Assembly: GCA_963704435.1 (NCBI GenBank)
Contig: OY969902.1
Coordinates: forward strand, 330,001 to 362,000
Direction: 5' to 3'
Source of the DNA: an uncultured archaeon
Lineage (GTDB): Archaea; Micrarchaeota; Micrarchaeia; Micrarchaeales; CABMGC01
DNA length: 32,000 nt
Below the pieces are notes generated by a model. That model was given only the letters and a program-made list of their open reading frames with translations. It was not told where the DNA came from and did no database searches. The translations under genes and the position numbers were made by a program. Shown one piece after another: positions 25,900 through 32,000 of the stretch (position 1 is the first letter of the stretch; every line of letters begins with the position of its first letter).

Positions 25900-26205
25900 T
25901 AGCTCCAGCATATCCTAAATTCTCTAGAGATATGTCCTTTTCATTTAAATGGCCTGCAATCCATGATTTCCGAGGCCATACCTAGATACGTAGGAAACAA
26001 AATCTTAAGAATTCGCTATATGAAACCCCCTTAGAAACAAGATGTAGCTTCAGCATATCTAAACTGCCAGTTCAGTTTATGTTCTTCTGTCGTCGAAGGG
26101 CTCAGAGATATAAGCGCTGAGAGATTTAGTGCATTACAATTAAACCTGTCTTAAGTTTGGGCCGGGGTACGAGATTATTAAACATTAACACTTTAATGAC
26201 CTCCT

Positions 26206-26225
26206 CCCCCGACTAAAGTCGGGGG
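26206..26225 (+). repeat. Perfect hairpin at one IS200-like end
   Basis: CCCCCGACT-AA-AGTCGGGGG, 9-bp stem. Confidence 0.85.
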
Positions 26226-26238
26226 TATCCCCTGCGCT

Positions 26239-26694
26239 CTAGGCGGCAAGTCTCATTTGTCCGTACTGATCCTGCTTTCTGATGTAATTTTGTATCGTCT
26301 CCTCGTTCTGAGGGCCTACGCTTCCGTTACTGTATCCTTCACTCCAGAAATGCCCTCTCCAATACCTAAGTCGATGGTTTGGCATTTCTTTGAAGACCAC
26401 GTACGCCGAATATCCCTTCAGCAGTTGCACCGCGGTTGAAACTGACATAGTATTTGGTACGTCAATCTCAAGATGCACGTGTTGAAAGTCTTCTCCGACA
26501 GCGAATTCTTTAATTCCGATTCCATGTCTACGCGCGGCGTCATAAATCGCATCGTGTATTATTCGGCAGGTCTCTGGATTTTTGAACATCCTGTATCGAT
26601 ATTTCGACACAAAAACCATGTGCTGCCAGTTGTACCTGTGGATGCATGCCGTCGCGCTTTCCTTTATATCCCTTACATTGTTTACACTATTCAC
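26239..26694 (-). CDS. tnpA: IS200-family Y1 (HUH) transposase TnpA
   Basis: 'CIHRYNWQHMVFVSKYRYRMFKNPETCRIIHDAIYDAARRHGIGIKEFAVGEDFQHVHLEIDVPN', 'LRYWRGHFWSEGYSNGSVG', 'ETIQNYIRKQDQ' (candidate Tyr). Confidence 0.88.
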   Translation of the reverse strand: MNSVNNVRDIKESATACIHRYNWQHMVFVSKYRYRMFKNPETCRIIHDAIYDAARRHGIGIKEFAVGEDFQHVHLEIDVPNTMSVSTAVQLLKGYSAYVVFKEMPNHRLRYWRGHFWSEGYSNGSVGPQNEETIQNYIRKQDQYGQMRLAA

Positions 26695-26801
26695 AATAAC
26701 ACTTCGGCGGCAGAAACTTCAGGACCGCAAAAATTCTGGGGCCACACTGCCGTCGCTAATCCTTCTCAGAATTTGTTAAAAATAGAGCAGGAACACTCAA
26801 A

Positions 26802-26854
26802 GTGGGGTCAATTCCTGTCCGCGGGCTAAAGCCCGTGGTATACCTTGACCCCAC
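26802..26854 (+). repeat. Nested hairpin at the other IS200-like end
   Basis: Outer 10-bp stem GTGGGGTCAA (26802-26811)/TTGACCCCAC (26845-26854); inner stem CCGCGGGCT-AA-AGCCCGTGG (26819-26838). Confidence 0.85.
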
Positions 26855-26938
26855 ACCCCCTAATGAGTTTTATTTCCAGATGAAAGCCCTGAGAGGGTCA
26901 CCTCGTCTGGGTTAAGGACCATCTTTTCTCAGGATTCC

Positions 26939-26973
26939 CCAGTTCGAATCAGGATGCGACAGATTCGAACTGG
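26939..26973 (+). repeat. 12-bp perfect inverted repeat resembling a tRNA T arm
   Basis: CCAGTTCGAATC (26939-26950) / GATTCGAACTGG (26962-26973). Confidence 0.85.
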
Positions 26974-26995
26974 CTCTCGACGACAAGAATTTCTC

Positions 26996-27068
26996 TAGCT
27001 CCAGCCAGATTCGGACTGGCGTTCCCAGGTCCAGAGCCTGATGTCCTTGACCACTAGACGATGGAGCT
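26996..27068 (-). tRNA. tRNA-Gln (anticodon CTG)
   Basis: Hand fold, 73 nt: AGCTCCA/TGGAGCT acceptor, GTCT/GGAC D stem, TCAGG-CTCTGGA-CCTGG anticodon arm, GCCAG-TCCGAAT-CTGGC T arm, discriminator A. Confidence 0.93.
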
Positions 27069-27126
27069 ACGCTTCCCTCATTTGTTGTTCAATGTTTAAT
27101 AACATTCTCATGCCAATTCCTGATTC

Positions 27127-27825
27127 ATGGCCACGTTGCGCGGCTTCAGCCTATCCAGGGAGCTTGAGGATATAGTGGTGGCGGACCTGGCGCTGACGGT
27201 CGCGTTCACGCTCGTGCTAGGCGGAGGCGCGATGGGCATCTCCTCCGCCGGCCGGACTCTTCCGCAGCTTGTCGTAATCTCCTTCGTGGCGGTGACGCTC
27301 TCGTTCGTTCTCCATGAGATGATGCACAAGTACGTTGCGCAGAGGTTCGGCGCGATCGCCGCATTCAGGAGGTCCGACACGGGCATACTCATAACGCTGG
27401 TCACGAGCTTCGCGGGCTTCCTTGTGGGCCTGCCGGGCGCGACCGTCATATACACGAACAGCTTCACGAAGAGGGAGGATGGAATCGTGTCCATCGCGGG
27501 CCCGCTAACGAACTTCGCGGTCTTCGCCGTGTTCTTCGCGCTGAGTATCTTCGCGACGCACGCCGGCAGCTTCGTGCAGCACCTGATCACCACCACGATG
27601 CTGGTCAGCCTCATAATCGCGTTCTACAACATGCTGTCCGTATACCCGCTGGACGGCAGCAAGGTGCTCAGGTGGAACAAGCCCGCCTACGCCATCATGC
27701 TAGTGACGCTGTTCGCGCTGCTGGCGCAGCTGGTCGGGTTGAGCGCGATACTGTACGGCCTGGCCTTCATGCTGGTCGCGGCGTTCGTCATATCCATCTT
27801 TTTCAGGGGAATGATGAGGTTCTAG
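27127..27825 (+). CDS. Membrane M50-like (site-2 protease family) metalloprotease
   Basis: HExxH motif 'VLHEMMHKYVAQRFGA', later 'NMLSVYPLDGSKVLRW', multiple membrane helices, 'GIVSIAGPLTNFAVF'. Confidence 0.85.
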   Translation: MATLRGFSLSRELEDIVVADLALTVAFTLVLGGGAMGISSAGRTLPQLVVISFVAVTLSFVLHEMMHKYVAQRFGAIAAFRRSDTGILITLVTSFAGFLVGLPGATVIYTNSFTKREDGIVSIAGPLTNFAVFAVFFALSIFATHAGSFVQHLITTTMLVSLIIAFYNMLSVYPLDGSKVLRWNKPAYAIMLVTLFALLAQLVGLSAILYGLAFMLVAAFVISIFFRGMMRF

Positions 27826-27904
27826 CGCGCGCCCTGCGCCATCGTGCAACGGGCTTTATTAATTTTTACGGCGCAAACAATCTATCGTCTTATTGGTGTG
27901 ATTG

Positions 27905-30058
27905 ATGGTCAATGGAATGGAGCTCACGGTAAGCGACGCCCTCATAACCGACTCGGGCAGGGGACTCGCCAGGCTCGACGCGCGCTCGAGGAAGCTCCTG
28001 GACGTCGCGTCGGGCGACGTCGTCGAGATCAAGGGCAAGGGCAAGTCCACGGCCGCGATAGTGTGGCAGGCCCACCCGAGCGACGAGGGCCTTGGCTTCA
28101 TCAGGATCGACGGCTACCTCAGGCAGAACATAGGCGTCGGCATAGGCGACAAGGTCTTCGTCTCGAAGGCCGAGGTCAAGGACGCCGAGAAGGTCGTGAT
28201 AGCGCCCCCGATGGGCCAGAAGCCGCCGCTCTCGCCCGACTTCGCCAACTACGCGAGGATAAGGCTCGAGGAGAGGCCGGTCGTCAGGGGCGACTCGATA
28301 CCGATAGCCATGTTCGGGATCGTCTTCAACTTCATAGTCGTGCAGGTCTCGCCGCACGGCGTCGTCAAGATAACGAAGAACACGCAGCTCACTGTCAAGG
28401 AGGAGCCCGTGTCCGAGTCCGAGGTAAGGATAGCCGATGTCCACTACGAGGACCTCGGCGGGCTCAGGAGCGAGATACAGAAGATAAGGGAGATGGTCGA
28501 GTACCCGATAAGGTACCCCGAGCTGTTCGAGCGACTCGGCATAGAGCCGCCCAAGGGCGTGCTCCTCTACGGCGCGCCAGGGACCGGCAAGACGCTGCTC
28601 GCGAAGGCTGTGGCCAACGAGAGCGACGCGCATTTCATCCTGATATCCGGACCCGAGCTGGTCAGCAAGTTCGTGGGCGAGAGCGAGGAGAAGCTCAGGG
28701 CCATCTTCAGGGAGGCGAACGAGAAGGCGCCGAGCATAATATTCATGGACGAGATAGACGCGATAGCGCCCAAGAGGGAGGACGTGACGAACGAGGTCGA
28801 GAGGAGGATGGTCTCGCAGATGCTGACGCTCATGGATGGCATGGCCACCAGGGGCCAGGTCATAGTCCTAGCGGCGACCAACAGGCCCAACGCAGTCGAT
28901 CCCGCGCTGCGCAGGCCGGGGAGGTTCGACAGGGAGATAGAGATAGGAATACCCGACATGCCATCCAGGAAGGAGATACTGCAGATACACACGAGGAACA
29001 TGCCACTCGCCAAGGACGTGAGCGTCGACGAGCTGGCCGCGATAACCCACGGATACACCGGCGCGGACATCAGCGCGCTGGTCAAGGAGGCGGCGATGAT
29101 CTCGCTCAGGGACATATGGCCCAAGATAATCGAGAAGGACAAGATATCCGAAGAGATATTGCTCAGCCTCACCGTCACCAGGGAAAACTTCCTTGAGGCG
29201 TTGAGGAGCATCATGCCGAGCGCGCTCAGGGAGGTCTTCGTGGAGAGGCCCAACGTCGGCTGGAGCGACATCGGCGACATGGAGAGGGTCAAGGAAGAGA
29301 TAAAGGAGGCCGTGGAGCTTCCGCTCAAGGATCCGCAGGCTTTCGAGAGGATAGGCATAAGGCCGATCAAGGGCATACTCCTGGTAGGCGCGCCCGGGAC
29401 CGGAAAGACGATGCTGGCTAAGGCGGTGGCCTCGGAGAGGGAGTCGAACTTCATATCGATAAAGGGGCCCGAGATACTGAGCAAGTGGGTCGGAAGCAGC
29501 CAGGAGATAATACGGGAGCTGTTCAGGAAAGCCAGGCTGGCGGCGCCGTGCATAGTCTTCATAGACGAGATAGACGCGATAACGCGGACAAGGGGCAGCG
29601 AGAACGAGAGCCCGATCCACAGGGATGCGCTTGAGGCGCTGCTCGTGGAGATGGACGGGCTCCAGGACAGGAAGAACGTCGTCGTCCTCGCCGCGACCAA
29701 CAGGCCTGAGGACATAGACCCGGCACTGCTCAGGCCGGGAAGGTTCGACAGGATAATAGACATACCGATGCCGAACGCGGTCACGAGGATGGAGATACTG
29801 AAGGTCCACACGAAGCGCATGCCCATCGACAAGGACGTCGATCTCACGGAGCTCGCGAACGAAACGGAGAACTACACCGGCGCCGAGATAGAGAACATAG
29901 TGAGGGAAGCAGGGATGAACGCCATAAGGAACAAGAGGTCGATAGTCAGGAAGGACGATTTCGACAAGGCCATGCAGGAGATACGGCCCGCGGTCCCGAA
30001 GGAGGTCACGGAAAGGATACGGCGCTTCAAGGAGGAGCCCGAGAGCATGTACAGATGA
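27905..30058 (+). CDS. cdc48: CDC48/VAT-type AAA+ ATPase with N-domain and two AAA modules
   Basis: N-domain 'DALITDSGRGLARLDARSRKLLDV...'; D1 'GVLLYGAPGTGKTLLAKAVANE' + 'SIIFMDEIDAIAPKR'; D2 'GILLVGAPGTGKTMLAKAVASE' + 'CIVFIDEIDAITRTRG'. Confidence 0.97.
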   Translation: MVNGMELTVSDALITDSGRGLARLDARSRKLLDVASGDVVEIKGKGKSTAAIVWQAHPSDEGLGFIRIDGYLRQNIGVGIGDKVFVSKAEVKDAEKVVIAPPMGQKPPLSPDFANYARIRLEERPVVRGDSIPIAMFGIVFNFIVVQVSPHGVVKITKNTQLTVKEEPVSESEVRIADVHYEDLGGLRSEIQKIREMVEYPIRYPELFERLGIEPPKGVLLYGAPGTGKTLLAKAVANESDAHFILISGPELVSKFVGESEEKLRAIFREANEKAPSIIFMDEIDAIAPKREDVTNEVERRMVSQMLTLMDGMATRGQVIVLAATNRPNAVDPALRRPGRFDREIEIGIPDMPSRKEILQIHTRNMPLAKDVSVDELAAITHGYTGADISALVKEAAMISLRDIWPKIIEKDKISEEILLSLTVTRENFLEALRSIMPSALREVFVERPNVGWSDIGDMERVKEEIKEAVELPLKDPQAFERIGIRPIKGILLVGAPGTGKTMLAKAVASERESNFISIKGPEILSKWVGSSQEIIRELFRKARLAAPCIVFIDEIDAITRTRGSENESPIHRDALEALLVEMDGLQDRKNVVVLAATNRPEDIDPALLRPGRFDRIIDIPMPNAVTRMEILKVHTKRMPIDKDVDLTELANETENYTGAEIENIVREAGMNAIRNKRSIVRKDDFDKAMQEIRPAVPKEVTERIRRFKEEPESMYR

Positions 30059-30078
30059 CGCTGATTTGAGGTGTTTTC

Positions 30079-30489
30079 ATAAAAATAGTATATTCGGATG
30101 CGAAGAGCGGAAGGACGGCGCAGACGGAGGTGCCGAAGGACAGGGAAGCGATGCTCATAGGCAGGAAGATGGGCGAGACCGTCGAAGGCTCGCTCATAGG
30201 GCTCGAGGGCTACAAGCTCACGATAACCGGCCTGAGCGACAAGACGGGCGCGCCGTCAAGGAGGGAGGTCGAGTTCAGCAGGAAGGCGTCGCTGCTGCTA
30301 AGCGGCGGGCCGGGCATAAGGCATCCCAAGAAGGGCGTCAGGGTCAGGAGGCTCGTCAGGGGCAACACGATAAGCGTCGACACCGAGCAGATAAACACGG
30401 TGATAGCTGAGTACGGGCCCAAGGGCGTCGACGAGATATTCCCGAAGAAGGCCAAGCCTGAGGGCAAGACGGAGGGGGAGAAGGCCTAG
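30079..30489 (+). CDS. rps6e: Ribosomal protein S6e, apparent non-canonical ATA start
   Basis: Frame reads (ATA)KIVYSDAKSGRTAQTEVPKDREAMLIGRKMGETVEGSLIGLEGYKLTITGLSDKTGAPSRREV..., matching the S6e N-terminal pattern MKxVxSDPKTG. First canonical start is GTG 30130, which would delete the conserved N-terminus. Confidence 0.85.
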   Translation: MKIVYSDAKSGRTAQTEVPKDREAMLIGRKMGETVEGSLIGLEGYKLTITGLSDKTGAPSRREVEFSRKASLLLSGGPGIRHPKKGVRVRRLVRGNTISVDTEQINTVIAEYGPKGVDEIFPKKAKPEGKTEGEKA

Positions 30490-30500
30490 GCCTTCGACTG

Positions 30501-31727
30501 ATGTTTATGGACGATTTCCCGAAGCAGAGCCAGCTGAACATAGGCACGCTGGGCCACGTCGACCACGGAAAGACGACGCTAACGTACGCGATAACGCACG
30601 TGTGGACCGACGTCCACAGCGAGAGCATAAAGCGCAGCATGACGATAAAGCTCGGGTACTCGGACGCGGTGATATACCTGTGCGGCGACGCGGCGGGGGC
30701 CGCGGCCTACACCACCAGCGAGAAGTGCAAGAACGGGAAGCCGTCCAGGCCGGTGCGCAGGATATCCCTGCTCGACGCGCCCGGACACGAGACCCTCATG
30801 GCCACCGCGATAGCCGGCTCGAACATAATCGACGCCGCGCTCTTCGTGATAGCCGCGACGGAGCCGTGCCCGATGGCGCAGACCAAGGAGCACCTCATGC
30901 TGATAAACGCGCTGGGCATAAAGAAGGTGATAGTCGTCCAGACCAAGGTCGACATAGTGGGCAGGGAGCAGGCGCTCAAGCACCACGCGCAGATAACGAA
31001 CTTCCTGAAGGGGAGCAGCATCGAGGACGCGGAGATAATACCAGTGATGGCGAACAAGAACATAAACGTCGACGCGGTGCTCGAGGCGATTGCCAAGATC
31101 GAGATGCCGGTCAGGGATACGACGTCCGAGCCCTCGATGTACGTCGCGAGGTCGTTCGACGTGAATAGGCCGGGCACCAAGACAAAGGACCTGCGCGGAG
31201 GCGTCGTGGGGGGCTCGATAATACGCGGGAAGTTCAAGGTCGGGGACGAGATAGAGATAAGGCCGGGGATAAACGCATCGAAGGAGAAGCAGAAGAGGGA
31301 GGTCTATACACCGATAATAACGAAGATAGAGAGCCTGCTCGCCGGGAAGGACGAGCTCGACGAGGCGATCGCCGGCGGGCTGATCGCCGTAGGGACCGGC
31401 CTCGACCCGTCGCTCACGAAGGCGGACGCGCTCGTGGGTCAGGTCGTCGGGCGGGCGGGCAAGCTGCCCGAGTGCGTCAACGACATCGAGATAAAGTACT
31501 CGTCGCTGGACAGGAGCGACCTGCCCAAGCAGGCGTTCAGGCCCAATGAGCCGCTGCTCCTTGGCATAGGGACCGGCACGAACGTGGGATACGTGAAGAC
31601 CGCGAAGAAGGGCGCGCTCGGGATAGAGCTGAGGCACCCCGCATGCATAGACAGGAACACGAAGATCTCGATACTCAGGAACTTCTCACAGAGATGGCAC
31701 CTGTCGGGATACGGGACGCCTGCATAA
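30501..31727 (+). CDS. eif2g: Translation initiation factor 2 subunit gamma (aIF2-gamma)
   Basis: 'LNIGTLGHVDHGKTTLTYAI', 'RRISLLDAPGHETLMATAIAG', 'HLMLINALGIKKVIVVQTKVDIV', 'VARSFDVNRPGT...LRGGVVGGSIIRGKFKVGDEIEIRPG'. Start 30501 or 30507. Confidence 0.96.
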   Translation: MFMDDFPKQSQLNIGTLGHVDHGKTTLTYAITHVWTDVHSESIKRSMTIKLGYSDAVIYLCGDAAGAAAYTTSEKCKNGKPSRPVRRISLLDAPGHETLMATAIAGSNIIDAALFVIAATEPCPMAQTKEHLMLINALGIKKVIVVQTKVDIVGREQALKHHAQITNFLKGSSIEDAEIIPVMANKNINVDAVLEAIAKIEMPVRDTTSEPSMYVARSFDVNRPGTKTKDLRGGVVGGSIIRGKFKVGDEIEIRPGINASKEKQKREVYTPIITKIESLLAGKDELDEAIAGGLIAVGTGLDPSLTKADALVGQVVGRAGKLPECVNDIEIKYSSLDRSDLPKQAFRPNEPLLLGIGTGTNVGYVKTAKKGALGIELRHPACIDRNTKISILRNFSQRWHLSGYGTPA

Positions 31728-31735
31728 GGATGGCT

Positions 31736-32000
31736 TCAGCCGATGCCTAGCTTCTTCGCCTTCCTTCCTATCTCTTCGACGAACAGCTGCCTCTCCCTTT
31801 CGCTGCCGAGTCCGTATTTCTTCGGGACGCTGAATCCGGATGCGTGTGGGTGCCCCCCTCCACCGAACGCCATGGCAAGCTTCGATATGTCATTCCTCTT
31901 GCTCCTCACGCCGGCGCTGCGCCTGCGGGTCTTGATGAAAATTGCTACGTCCGAATGAGCCCTTGCCATTATGGCCGCACATGCGTCATTGGTGTCTACC
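31736..32000 (-). CDS. DHH/DHHA1-family phosphoesterase, C-terminal part (runs off the window)
   Basis: Frame open to the edge: ...VDTNDACAAIMARAHSDVAIFIKTRRRSAGVRSKRNDISKLAMAFGGGGHPHASGFSVPKKYG...; 'GGGGHPHASGF' is the DHHA1 signature. Confidence 0.85.
   Translation of the reverse strand, partial: VDTNDACAAIMARAHSDVAIFIKTRRRSAGVRSKRNDISKLAMAFGGGGHPHASGFSVPKKYGLGSERERQLFVEEIGRKAKKLGIG

Larger units (their letters stand above)
26206..26854 (-). mobile_element. Solo IS200-like insertion sequence (tnpA only; outer boundaries not determined)
   Basis: TnpA ORF flanked by two same-orientation hairpins containing CTAAAG (CCCCCGACTAAAGTCGGGGG at 26206..26225; CCGCGGGCTAAAGCCCGTGG at 26819..26838), each followed by a GTAT-containing sequence. 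Confidence 0.7.

Noticed and set aside
25900-26205. omega-RNA or TnpB-associated guide RNA next to the IS200-like element
   Set aside because: No TnpB/IscB-like ORF is present in the window, so there is no support for a guided nuclease system.
26890-26961. Plus-strand full tRNA (possibly Glu) suggested by CTCGTCTGGGTTAAGGAC...TTCGAATC
   Set aside because: Acceptor and anticodon stems do not pair when indexed from the T loop. It is retained only as a tRNA-like fragment in the findings.
27844-29196. 450 aa plus-strand ORF overlapping cdc48 in another frame
   Set aside because: Arg/Gly/Ala-rich out-of-frame translation of the CDC48 gene.
28567-29847. 426 aa minus-strand ORF (and 28868..29809) antisense to cdc48
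   Set aside because: Antisense shadow of the highly conserved AAA ATPase; low-complexity Ser/Leu composition typical of such artefacts.
30579-31637. 352 aa minus-strand ORF opposite aIF2-gamma
   Set aside because: Shadow ORF; the plus strand encodes full-length aIF2-gamma with all G motifs.

Overview
This looks like a GC-rich archaeal chromosome segment. Gene content (pilus-type ATPase and platform proteins, LamG surface proteins, CDC48/VAT, ribosomal protein S6e, eIF2-gamma, class III signal peptides) and frequent AGG/ATA codon use suggest DPANN/Micrarchaeota, but that placement is inference. Main blocks: (i) 1-3359, a possible integrated-element edge with tightly overlapping small genes, an AT-rich winged-helix-like gene, a tyrosine recombinase with a C-terminal zinc ribbon, and an adjacent tRNA-Cys(GCA); (ii) 3434-5051, a CBS protein with a possible HPF/S30AE-like C-terminus, overlapping a pilin-like gene; (iii) 5198-6457, a DUF4143-type AAA ATPase in an AT-richer patch; (iv) 6562-15195, a four-gene overlapping operon of membrane-anchored surface proteins with repeated LamG modules and a PQQ-like propeller; (v) 21386-15232 on the minus strand, a converging type IV pilus-like operon with a secretion ATPase, two platform proteins, a coiled-coil/wHTH protein and two unassigned small or disordered proteins; (vi) three consecutive TrkA-N proteins, an HD hydrolase and an AAG/MPG-type glycosylase; (vii) an MNT-HEPN pair and a solo IS200-like TnpA with hairpin ends, next to tRNA-Gln(CTG); (viii) an M50-like protease, CDC48, S6e, eIF2-gamma and a DHH phosphoesterase. 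The best candidate for something undescribed is the surface-pilus/LamG locus (iv+v). Smaller surprises are an apparent non-canonical ATA start for S6e and a 73-bp identical repeat between two wHTH genes.
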